The notes beneath the pieces were generated by a model that searched no databases, was not told the DNA's origin, and worked only from the letters and a program-made list of their open reading frames with translations. Position numbers and translations under genes: made by a program. A stretch of 63,384 bases of DNA, the filler included, from Olpidium bornovanus S191 (lineage: Eukaryota > Fungi > Olpidiomycota): NCBI GenBank assembly GCA_017911155.1. It is 23 parts of 23 records of this genome, joined end to end, with 100 filler letters (N's around TTAATTAATTAA, not from the genome) between each part and the next. Parts side by side here need not be neighbours in the genome. Positions count along the whole stretch, not along the records: positions 22,512 to 27,278 come from JAEFCI010001811.1; positions 27,379 to 29,930 come from JAEFCI010013066.1; positions 30,031 to 32,710 come from JAEFCI010011978.1; positions 32,811 to 34,841 come from JAEFCI010011193.1; positions 34,942 to 41,520 come from JAEFCI010001611.1; 18 more parts are not named here. One strand, written 5' to 3'. Shown piece by piece: positions 24,173 through 35,550 of the stretch. The stretch's first letter is position 1. Each line of letters begins with the position of its first letter.

Positions 24173-25088
24173 ATGAGGTTCCTCGTCACTTTCGGTGCTG
24201 TCGCGCTCGCGCTCGCCTCTGTCGGGCAGGCCGGTAAGTTTCCCCCCGGGGCGGGTTGTCCGTTGCCCTTATCGCGAGCGCTGCAAGAAAAAAACGACCC
24301 GCGGCACGAGTTTGTTCAAACGTCCCGCTAACGCGCCCCGTGATTTTTTTTTTCTTTCCTTCGCAGTTCCCACCCCGGAGAGCCGTCAGCTCGACCGGCG
24401 CGACGACGGCGGCTCGTTGATCGAGGGCCCCGGCCATGTTGTCAACCCCACAAAGCCGCTTCCAGGCGACGATTCCGCTGGTGGAGAGGGCCGCCTTGTC
24501 AGGCGCGTCCTGGAGGGCCGCAGCGGCCCGCTAGGCCGCCTGGGCAAGCGCGTCCTGAAGGCCCGCCAGCTCGGCGGGCTCGTAGGGGGTCTGCTGGGCA
24601 GCGGTTCCGCAGTTCCGCCGGTCGTTCCCGCTGTCCCCGCCGCCTCCAGCGCCGTAGGCTCCTTGGGCCTTTCTGACATCCTGAACCTGCCGGGCCTCCC
24701 TCCCGACGCTGTGGCGCTGCTGTTGTCGAACGCCGTGCAGACCGCGATCCAAGCCACGCAGGCGATCCTCAACACAGCGGACGACAACGGGGACATCACT
24801 GCCGCGGGCCAGAACGCGCAGGCCGCCCTCGAGACGGCAAGCTCCTCCATCGCGAGCATCCAGAGCGACGTCTCCGCCGGCATAGAGCCGGACAGCGCCG
24901 ACCGCGCCGCCGCCGACCAGGGCGTCCGCGACGCCGCTGCCGCCATCGAACAGCTCAGCGCCGCCGCCGGCCCCAACCCAGACTCCGAAGTCTTGCAGGC
25001 GATCGACAGCGCCAAGGACGCCATCGGCGAAGTGGTCGCGGGCACGCAGCAGGCACTGGGGTTAGGCGGCGACGCCGGCGTACTTTGA
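24173..25088 (+). CDS. Secreted 260-aa protein: signal peptide, dibasic-site propeptide repeats and a Cys-free helical C-terminal domain (exons 24173-24233, 24367-25088)
   Basis: MRFLVTFGAVALALASVGQA|VPTP signal peptide; phase-1 GTAAGT...GCAG intron; RR, RR and KR sites; complete ORF to TGA. Confidence 0.85.
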
Positions 25089-26020
25089 GTTTCCGGGGAC
25101 ACCTGCCGGTCTTTTTCATTTCCCCATCATTTTTGCGCATGCGTTCATCATTCCCGTAATCTGTACCATTTTTTTTCCGATCTCCTCTTCACAACCGCGG
25201 GACATTTGACGAACACAATTCCATATAACTTCTTTCACCAAATATAAACGTTCCGCAGACTCCGAGGAACGTCACGTGCAGAGAGCACCTGACTTTGATT
25301 TCACGGTAATTTAATTGAGGTAGCCCCCCGAAGCATTTAATCCTGCATGTTTCGCATCAAAGCTTGCCGATAACAATAAAAAAAAAAGATCCATCGAACA
25401 AAGCAAATTTTTGCTGGCTGCCGGGCTGCGGGTGTCTCGCTAGAAGTCTATCATCGGTTGTTTTGGCACTTCGGCACAGAGCGATGGCGTGTGTTCCCTC
25501 GTCTCAATATGTGATGCCAGCGCGTTTGGAAAAAAAGAGGCGGCCGAAAAAGCGGCCTTGCCTCGCTTTGCCCGTTTTTAATTTGAAGCGGACGTGGTGG
25601 GGAAGAAGGTGAAAAATGTCGCAAAAGGCCCTTTTTGTTGTTGGGATGAGAGCGGGTGGGAGGAGCGCCGGTGGGTGATAGCGGCATTTCACGGACAACG
25701 GTCAAGGAACACACAACACGCACGCGACACGGCCAGAGTTTTACGACAAAAGAGGAGCCGGCTCTCCTGATTGCAAAATTCGGGTCGCCCGTGTTTGATA
25801 CCGGGCTTCCGCGTCGTTGGCCCCGGGTGTTTGGGCGGCGGCGGCCTGTGTTTTCTTTCCTTTTTTCCTCGCCTCGGGCCACCTCTGTCCGTTCGCGGCG
25901 GCCGCCTCCGCCTTTTGCCGCGGCCTGTGCCATAGCCTTCTGCCACCCGTGCCTGAACAAAACTGGCGCCAGATATGGTCGGGAGGGAGCACACGACGAA
26001 ATGGAAAGGGAAAAAAGGGG

Positions 26021-26097
26021 GAGAGAGATAAAGAGAAAGAGAGAGATAGAACGAGAGAGAGAGAGAGAGAGGGAGAGACAGAGAGAGACAGAGAGAG
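26021..26097. repeat. GA-rich imperfect microsatellite
   Basis: Direct inspection. Confidence 0.8.
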
Positions 26098-27378
26098 CAA
26101 TAAGCAAAGACCACTGAACTTTAGAAAGAAAATTTAAAATGCGCGCGTTTCTTTTTTTGGATGCCCGATGTTTTCGTTTCGCGCGCGGAGTGCGCGCGGG
26201 AGTTCTATGTATTCTCATCACAGGCAGCTAAGTGGGCTTCGGGCGTCGACGCGTGATTTCGCCGGGCAGAGGGAAATCCGAGTTCGTTTTCGCGACCTCG
26301 CGCGTGATGCGTTCATTTTGCTGCCCTTTGCGGATAGCCGTGTTGCGCGCGAGGGAAAGGGGGGGGGGGAAGTCCTTCCATTGTTTTTTTTTTCTTTGCA
26401 GATCGCGCTTCCGTCCGGCGGAAAGGACACGGCCGTCCGCGGCGGCGTCCCCCGCGTTTTGCCGCGCGCGTCTGGAGTGCGTTAACGCGCGCGCGCAACG
26501 TCCGCTAGGGTGGGGCGGAGGGGGGAGCACATTTAGGCTTGCTGCTCGCGGCGGCTTCGCAGCGCGCTGAAGGATCTCCCGGCCGTATTCTGCCGGGCGC
26601 CGCTTGCGCGCGCGCTTGTGGCGCTCTCGGGCAGCGGCGAGGTTTTACCTTTCCACCCTTGCATCCGCAGCCCGAATATCGCGGGCGAGAGGAATGGTTT
26701 CTTCGACCTGTGCCAGGGTCTAGTACACTTTTCAATAGTCTGCATTCAACTTATTAAGGCACGAAGTTTCGAGCGCCAACAGACGTCCCGTTCCAAAAAG
26801 AAGCGATTTTCCCCAACGGTAGTAGGCCGCGACCGAGCGCTTGCCCCGTTGGTACGGGAAGCCCTAAGTGATTTCCACCATCAGCACGATGCGCGTTAAA
26901 CAGACTTTCCCACGGCCGGCAGGACGGGTGCAGACGGTTTTTTTTTATATTTTTTGTCAAGTTATGAGAAAAATTTAAAACTTCTGAGCGCAGTCCGAAA
27001 TATACGCGTTTGTATAGATGGACTGTGAACGTGCGGCGTCGGAAAAAAAAAAAGGGGGCCACGGCGCTTGGGCGGCGCAGCTCCATTGCGCCTCTGCGAG
27101 ATGAATAACGCACGCCGGAAGCGCCGTTGTTGTCCGCCTCAAAAGCTGCGTGTGATCCAGGACTGGCGGCGGAAGCTTTCCTTGTCGGTAACCTTTGAGC
27201 GGTCCCGATGTTGGGCTTCACGGCTCAACCGAGCGGCCGTTGTAAGGGATGTCAGCACTGGTTTGCAGCGCGGACATGNNNNNNNNNNNNNNNNNNNNNN
27301 NNNNNNNNNNNNNNNNNNNNNNTTAATTAATTAANNNNNNNNNNNNNNNNNNNNNNNNNNNNNNNNNNNNNNNNNNNN

Positions 27379-28570
27379 CATGATCGCAGCCAGTTGATCT
27401 AGGGCATTCCTGTCGAGCGCAATCCCGGCCGCCGCCGCGGACCGTAGCACGCATTCGACCCGCTCTTCCAAATCACTCGACGCGTCTTCCTTGGTTTCGC
27501 TGGGTAGGAGCAGCACGTCCCTCGCGATCAATCCATCGTTGGTCCACGACATATCCGCTACCAGGGCGGAGGATCCGTACTTCTCCTCCAAAGAGAGACC
27601 CAAAAGGTGGCTCATAGACCGCTGCAAAGTGCTGATCGCAGCAGCCTCGGAGGCACTGTGATGGGTTCCAGGGCTATCATTCGCGGGGTATGATACCAGC
27701 TCCAACTTGACCGGTCCATCACCCGTTTCCGGTCCTGCTGTCGGAAAGGGTCTGTTGAGATCCCACGGGGCGCCGTTCAGCAGCCCAATGATGGGATTAC
27801 TGTTCAACTTGTATTGCAGGGCTACGAATCAGATCCAGGGTGTTTTTTCAAAAGCAGGATCGTAAACTGATCCTTACTGCCCAAGACGCAATCGCCGCTG
27901 GCCCCGTCGTACCTTTCGTGGCAACATTCCACGGTGTGGTGACCCCGGGGATGACGTTCACCGTGCCTTTCCCGTCCGGCAATATGACTGCCGCGGTATC
28001 CGCCGCGCATCCAGGAAAGTTTTCTTCGTCCTTCATTTCCAAAACGCGCTGTCTATTCGCTTGCGCCGCAACAAGCTTCTCGTACTCTATATCCCACAGG
28101 CGCAATCTCTTCGCGGCGGCGGCCGACAGTGGCGCGCATGTGGTGGAGGATTGTCTTCTTGCGATGCAACCATGCGGAGCGACCGGTAACGGACCTGCAG
28201 ACCGTGCGATAGACAATCTCCGCTGCAACGTGAGACCAAAGTGTGGTAGCGGCGGCGGAGTCCCTGGTAGTCCGACGTGGAAGCCTCCGTGGCAGACGCG
28301 GCGGCTGCCCCGGCGTTTGATTGTTAACTGGCGACGCGACTCTTGTTGCGCAGGTGGTGAACTGCGGCAGGATCGGCGACGGACGAAAGGGGCGAACAGC
28401 TCGGGCGAGGCAGCAGCAGGAGCAGTTTCGGGCGAAGCGGGCAAAAACGCAATGGAGCCGGGACACCCTCCGTTTGCGCCAACCACGCAGCTCCGCGCTT
28501 CGGGTAAGACGGCGAGCCGCGTTCGCGACAGGGCCCGCGTCGCCGCTCTGGCCCCGGAAACGGCAGGCAT
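27379..28570 (-). CDS. ThrRS N-terminal (TGS plus editing-like) domain protein; mitochondrial ThrRS or mL39/MRPL39-like (3'-truncated; intron 27822-27912)
   Basis: KRLRLWD...ILPDGKGTVNVIPGVTTPWNVATK|ALQYKLNSNPIIGLLNGAPWDLNRP...LQRSMSHLLGLSLEEKYG...DGLIARDVLL aligns by eye to ThrRS LPDG..TTPxxIA..VNGxxWDLxRP..WHSSAHVLGxAxE..GFYYD; Arg/Ala/Ser-rich leader; start codon uncertain. Confidence 0.7.
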
Positions 28571-30030
28571 AGTCGCCGTTGGCGGACGAGAACGCAAAGC
28601 GGCGGGGGAAGAAGGAATCGGGGAAAAGGGGGGGGGAAGGTGGTTGGTTGGCTGGTTTGCTGCCGAGGACACGTGCCCAGCGTCACCGCCAACCACCCTC
28701 AGACTGCCGCAGGCCCTGTTGCTGCTTCTCACGCCACCATGCTGCCCAGCCGCCGACCTGTTCTGCTTTCTTGTCCCCGCCTGTTTGTTGTGCCATCCGT
28801 TCTGGACTCCGTGAGGTTTCGCTGGAACAGGGGGGGAAGCGCCCCGCCGAGAGCGCCGCCATCGGCACGCGCGGAGCAACCGCGCGCTCACTTTCCGGGC
28901 GGCGCCCATCTCGATCGAGCGTTGCAGATGCAGTGCTCAGGTCAAAGTTCGCCCGCTCCGCATTGGCGGGAGCCGAAGCGGGTTCGGCAAAAGCGCAATG
29001 ACGTCATTTCCTGAACCGGCATGGCCGGATGCAGCTCAGCCGCGGCCAGACAGTCGTGCGCCTTGTGGGCAGCGTGCCTGCAAACCACGCGAGAGGGATT
29101 TGACCAGGATCAAAACTGTGGTGATTGCCAGAAAGGCCGTGGTGACGCAGTCGATCTAGGAAGGCGTTTGTTTCCCTTCTTTTTTTTTTTTTTTTCCCTA
29201 ATGGTTTGTTCCTTTTCTCGGTGGACGCAGGTGGAGCCCCCTGGTTGTTGAACTTCCGCCGCTTGACTGAAGCCCCGAAACGGATTACATCGCGTTGGCC
29301 TCCGGTGGCGCGGAGGCCGTGGGCCTTCCGGCTGGCGAGAGGGACGCCTCGGGAGCGGCCTGCGGTAGCCGGATCGTTGGATACCTCATGGGGCAATGAA
29401 AGTGGCGGAACTACGGCGCCGCGCAGTCTTGCCGGCCGCTCTCCCGACGGGGTACGGCGCCCGCCAACGGAGAAGGAGGCGGATCGTAGCTTCGGATCCT
29501 TCCCGAGCGCTGGCGGTGGGCCGCTGTGCTGGCTTGATTCTGCGCGGCAGAACCTGGCCTCCATTGCCCAGTCGCTGCTGCATCCCAGCCGGCGTGATTT
29601 TGCAGTAGGACGGTAAATAAAACCCCCTTACCCGGGAGCAACTTCGATCTGGATGCCCTGCTACTGTAGCGCAAAGTGTCACGTCAGAAAGCGGCCGCCG
29701 CGTTACGGCGATGGTTCAGCATTTTCCAAATCTGGTTTGGCCGGAAAACGTCTCTTCAAAGTGGTGAGTGCATTTCTCGCGGAAATAACCATTCCCATCA
29801 CCACATCCTGGACAAGATATCCACCGCAGATGCCTGTCGCTTCAGCCGCCAACGCCCGCCGTTTGGATTTTCCTAGTGGTTGAAGGCTTCCCGTGTATTT
29901 TTTCACCGGGCTAGTCCGCTCCTGGACATGNNNNNNNNNNNNNNNNNNNNNNNNNNNNNNNNNNNNNNNNNNNNTTAATTAATTAANNNNNNNNNNNNNN
30001 NNNNNNNNNNNNNNNNNNNNNNNNNNNNNN

Positions 30031-30760
30031 AGAACAGGTGATTTGGGCCGAATCTGCGAATCCGTCCGGCAGCTCATTCGCTAGGCGATTGAGGTGAAGC
30101 AGCTTGGAGACCTCGGTCTCTGCAAGTGCAGTGCGCGGGTCGGAATTCATGGTCAAGGATTCAGGAGCCTCAAAATCTAAACGTTCATCACTTTCAGAAT
30201 TTCCCTGAGCACTCAGCTTTGGGATTCCTCAAACACACAATTGTCTAGGCGGGCTCGGAGCACAGCGCCTGTTGTCGGGTCTAAGTATCGAATGATACTG
30301 GGGAAATCAAAACCGACATAAATCCCCTCCAGGCACTGGGCGCCAAGATTTGGGCGCGATGGGGCAAGGATGAGCACAGCGCCTGTTGTCGGGTCCAAGT
30401 ATCGAATGATACTGGGGGAATCAAAACCGACATAAATCCCCTCCAGGCACTGGGCACCGAGTTTCGGGCACGATGGGGCAAGGATCGACGCCCAAACTCG
30501 GCAGCCAAAGACCCGCAGGTGCTTGATGACTGGCTTGCTTCCTGAGAGCAGTTCCTGGGGGGAACTGGTCTTTAAGGAAGAAGGGCGAAGAGAAATTAAT
30601 GCCGCAGCATGTAATACAGCATGTCTCCAAGCCGCAGCTGGAAGTCCTGAACGCATCAATGAGCTGTATGCGCTTAATGAAGGAATCAGCTAATCCGTGC
30701 AGAGAGCGCCTGGCAGCCGAAGACCCGCAGGTATTTCACATCCGGCTTGGTGCCCGAAAG
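30031..30760 (-). mobile_element. Degenerate Ty1/copia fragment (integrase C-terminal region), Bianca-like, with internal duplication and frameshifts
   Basis: HGLADSFIKRIQL..MRSGLPAAAWRHAVLHAAALISLRP..HLRVFGC..GIYVGFDSPSIIRYLDPTTG..ARLDNCVFEE, then in a shifted frame DPRTALAETEVSKLLHLNRLANELPDGFAD. Confidence 0.85.
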
Positions 30761-32473
30761 CCGCTCTGCAGGCCGTCGCTCCGCATTGGCGAGCCGGCGG
30801 GCTCGGCTCGGTGGTCGGCGCACGGCAGCCGAAAGTGGCGTGCGGGAGCTTCTCTGCGACGGCGGGCAACAAGCCGGGCCAAAACGCGAACAACCTTCTG
30901 CCGGGCGTCACCCGGGGCAGATCTCCGAAAGTTACACCAGCGCCCGCAACTTGCGTCCAGCACACCCCCCGTGACTGCGACGCGAAGCAAAGCGAGATTG
31001 CGGGGCGAGGCGCGCAGCGGCCTCAGCGGGCGGGCGGCGGTCGAATGCTAGCTCGGCGGAGAAATGAGTCGCGGCGGGAGCGTCGGTACACGCGAGCGGC
31101 TGCCGGTTGCGCTGCCGGTGGCGCGCGGGCGACGACGGCGCGGTGGGCGGCTGCCGGTGGTGCGTGTGGCGGCGCAGCGGCGAGTTTCTCGACGCGAAGA
31201 GAGAGGGCAAAGCTACAGGCGCCGGGCAAAGGTGCAGGCGCCGGCAATGGTTCTGGTGCTGAAGCCTGAGGGCGAGCCCGGCGGAGAGGGCGCACGGCAA
31301 GCAGGCAGCAGCGGGAGAGCGGAATAGTGCTGATAACGTGTTGCAAAAGCTTCTTCTTTCCGTCTTCCTCTCTTCTCTCCTTTGTTTGCGGTTTGGACGG
31401 CGGGAGGGAGAAGCCCACTGGAGCTCCCCTCCTGGTCTTTGGCATTTTTGATCACGTGACTGTAGAGCGCACTCTTCCGGTTCACAACAGATTTGCTTGC
31501 AACCGAGGCTATAAAGTTTCAGGAGGTTGGTGGGCAACCGCGAAGTGTAAGTCATCCAGTAGCAAGTTTTGTTTTTTCTCATTTTCAGAACTTGCCGTAA
31601 AAAAAGCAAAACGTCCGCGACAGCTCTCGTGAACTACCCATGCACAGGTCCACGACCGGGGAACTGGCTGGGGCATTGGGCACCCCATGCCGTGACCCAT
31701 GTGTCACAGTCCATAGAACGTCCAGCCATAATTCTGGGTTAGACGCCGTATATGTTAAGCGCAACTCGTTTCGTAATCTCTTTCAAAGCCTCCATCGATC
31801 TCCCCATCGATGGCGAGTCCTCTCCTTTTTTTTCGTATCAGTGTACCAGCACGCCCGTACGCGTTATATTCTTTCCTTCTTTCGGTTTAATATATTACGC
31901 GTTTTTCTCACCGCAACGCACAATTCAACACTAAAGAGGGTGCCACAATGCCGCCAATAGGTCCCGGCAGTCACCCTAACTTGTCTGAAGGAATGCGGAC
32001 AATGTGGCATGACAATGACCTACAGCCCATGCAAAAAACCGCGGCGCGGGTTACGGGCTATGAACCGTAGGCGGTGCATAACGCGAAAACGACAATGGCT
32101 AACGCCTCAAAAAGCATAGCGCGCTCATGCCAGCCGCGAGAAATTCCCAGCTTTTCGTTCCCCTCTTACGTGGAGGAAGCAGGAACTCAGGCGATGTGAT
32201 GCACATTTTGCATTCTGCTCTATGACTCCAAGTATACGTCGATGTCAACGTCAATAAATGCCACGGGGTTACCACCCCGACCGCATCGTCAAAATTGGCC
32301 TCCTTCCCCGGGAAATCACCGAAAAACCCCCGGGACCGGATTCCCTTATCACAAACCCAAGCCTTGCGGACTCCACCTTTAGCACGTGGGACCAGAAAAT
32401 GTACGCTGGCGGCCTGTCAGGAAAACAGAAGAAGCTAAATGTTAACTGACTTTACATAAAAATGTATGTGGAT

Positions 32474-32546
32474 GGGGAATTAGCTCATCCGGGAGAGCGT
32501 ACGACTGAAGATCGTAAGGTACCGAGTTCGATCCTCGGATTCCCCA
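32474..32546 (+). tRNA. tRNA-Phe (GAA), intronless
   Basis: Acceptor GGGGAAT/ATTCCCC, D-stem GCTC/GAGC, anticodon arm TACGA-CTGAAGA-TCGTA, T-arm CCGAG-TTCGATC-CTCGG; T-runs downstream. Confidence 0.95.
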
Positions 32547-33295
32547 ATCAAGTTTTTCTAATTTTTTTGACTTTTCTGTTTTAATTGTGATTCCGTTACC
32601 AAGCACAATAGCCAAAAATAGTTTGAATGGCCGTGGCGTTGTAATCCACAAAATGGCACGCCACAGTGCGCTCCAAATGCTGTCCAGGAACCCCCCGGTG
32701 TGTCCCCATGNNNNNNNNNNNNNNNNNNNNNNNNNNNNNNNNNNNNNNNNNNNNTTAATTAATTAANNNNNNNNNNNNNNNNNNNNNNNNNNNNNNNNNN
32801 NNNNNNNNNNCATGACCGCTTCGAACGACGAAGACGGCGTCGCCGTGGTCGTGGAAGCGATCGCGCGGAAGCAGTGGATGTGATGTTTTTTATTATTTTT
32901 TTTTCCCTATTCTTTTCTTAAAAGAAAAAAGGTGGAATCCTTGGAATGGTGAAGTTTTTCGTTTTTTTCCATCGGGGAGCACCGTCACTTTCCGAACAAG
33001 CGCGCCGCCCGCGTTCACCAAGAGGTTTTTTTTTATCGCTGCATCTCGACCTTTTTTTTATTTCGCCCTCGAGCGCCAACCCCCCCACAACTCCTCCCCG
33101 CTGCACCAGCGCAATCGTAGGTTTTCGCTCTTATAGAATTTTTTTGTTCACATTTGTTTCTTGGCCGTTTTGGCGAAAACCCCTCGTCTGGTGGCGTTTT
33201 CGAGCGAGTTGGGAACGAGGGTCGGGGAAAGTGGGGGGGGGGATAGATACGAGGGGAGTTAACTGTCCCTGCGGGTACGGGGGGGGGGGGGGGGC

Positions 33296-33370
<75 letters not shown>

Positions 33371-33391
33371 TGCTGGTGTGCAAAACGGGCT

Positions 33392-33593
33392 CAGGGACGA
33401 GTGCATCCTCGGATGCACCGGGATTCACGAGGTTGTGTACTATAATACGGTGAGCCGTACTAAAATATCCTTAAACTTTTCAAAGCCGCAGAAAGCCGAG
33501 GTTTCACAAGGAGTTCTTAGAAATGTCGCTATTTACACCTGTAAAACCGAGGCAACCCTCGTGCATCCTCGGTCCAAACCTCGTCCATCCCTG
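33392..33593. mobile_element. Possible MITE-like relic with imperfect terminal inverted repeats and internal hairpins
   Basis: Left end CAGGG-ACGAG versus reverse complement of right end CAGGGATGG-ACGAG; GTGCATCCTCGG repeated at 33401 and 33561; no target-site duplication seen. Confidence 0.3.
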
Positions 33594-35508
33594 TGCCATA
33601 CATTTTATATTTTATCGGCCGTCCATCGACCATATATACTGGAAGAATAGATGAATGAATCCCCCCTAATCCCGCTCCCCTCTTCCACCGTACTGCATCC
33701 GCCTCCTGTCTTGCGAAAGCGAAAGACAGATCGACGGCACTGATCCTCCCGCCCTACCTCCCCTCTCTCTTCACCTTCTCTGCTTCAGGATCTTCGTCTT
33801 CAGCCACTTCTCCTTGTCGTTTGATCGTTTATCGAAGACTTCGGCAAAGCGGACAGCACCTGCGACAAGGCAAGCGAGCGTGCGCAGTGCCTACTTGGTA
33901 TGTTCCGGTCCGCTGAATTCGGCCACGCCGCTTGCCAGCACGGCGCAGCATGCAAACGCTCCAGCATTCCGTCCCAGCGGAGCCCGAACTGCTGCTTCCA
34001 CGACTTTTTCTCCGCGATCGGCGATTTGGCAAATGCGGCGGCAAACGTCAAGGTCGGCAGCATCAACTCCAGGTTGAGAGCGTACACTGACGAGGTGACG
34101 ATAAAAAAAAAGTCGGGACAATGCACGTGTTCACCTTCTTCGTCAGAATCACTGTGCCCGTGGACAGTGTCCCCCTCACTCTCAACGTCAGAATCGCTGC
34201 TGCTATCGTCTCCGTTGTCGTATTCCTCATACTCGCCGTCACTCTCAAACTTAAATTGTGCACCATCTGCCGCGGAATCCGTTTCAAAGTCCTCGCCGTT
34301 GAATTCCTCCAGCCTGCTCTCTTCGCATCCCGGAGAAAAGCTCTTCTTTTCTTCAGGAGCTTCTGGGACGGTGTTGGCGAGCGTCCTCATCCTGCGGTGT
34401 CTAGTGAAATGACGGGGAAGAAAGTACGCAAAAAAGAAAGCCTCCCAGGTGACGTAAGCTCGTTCTGGTTCATCGCAAAGGTTGCATTTTAAGGAGCGGT
34501 CACGTCGTTCGTCGTGCCAGCACTGTAGGTGTCGTTTCCGCGCTGGCTTTCTTCCTGCAAGGTGCACCAGCAGGGGACAACAGGACAAGCGAGCGGGACT
34601 GTTGGCATCGTCGGTTCCGTGGGTACTACGTGCATCAGCCCAGCCTCTGGCGCCGTCAGGACCAGGAACACGGAAGGCGCAGCACGTGCAGCACTGCGGG
34701 GAGAGGGGGGCGCGGAGGCGTGGTCTGCCGGTGTCGGTAGGGCAAGGTCGTCGGGAGAGGAGGGTTGTTGCGTGCGCAAGGGGGGTGGGGGAGTTGGCGT
34801 TCTTCGAAAAAGATAAAAAAAAAAAAAAAAAAAAAAAAAAGNNNNNNNNNNNNNNNNNNNNNNNNNNNNNNNNNNNNNNNNNNNNTTAATTAATTAANNN
34901 NNNNNNNNNNNNNNNNNNNNNNNNNNNNNNNNNNNNNNNNNCATGGACAAGCTTTTGGATCTCGGCCGGCAACGATTATGTCATCACATAGACAAAAAAA
35001 ATGCACGCTGTTGTCTGTCCTTCCGTAGCCTGGAGCACGTAAACGCCTGGCACTGATGGCAGTTGTGTCAGGCTAAAGACGCATTAACGCTGCATGCAGT
35101 CGGTAGTTCCATATTATGCCGCTCTCTGTTCGAACCAATGCAGGGCCCCGACGTAGCTTGCAGACCGTGGAGGCGTCCGCGACGTGCCCTTCGGGTCTGT
35201 TCCACGTCTAGCTCCTCCTGCAGCTCAGCGGTTCGGGCACGTCAGGATGACATCTCGTTGCCCGAACGGTTCAGTGTTCCCTTGCCGCAGTGGCGAATGA
35301 CCGGTGCGCAATGCCGCGGCTGAAACTGCGGGCGAGAAGGGTCTCATAGTAATTCTTATCTCCCTCGTCTGCGGGTAAGCTTTGGGCAACAAAACGCACG
35401 CGGGGCGGAAGGGGCCATCCTGCGTCCGCGGCTGCTGCGCCTCGATTTCGAGGGCCTCACGGCTCGCCTCGCTTTTTTAAGGGTATTTGGGTAGGAGACA
35501 AATCTCCC

Positions 35509-35550
<42 letters not shown>

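Noticed and set aside
33800-34588. Acidic ORF with CxxC and His residues as a C2H2 zinc-finger gene
   Set aside because: Spacing is non-canonical and the exon structure could not be resolved.
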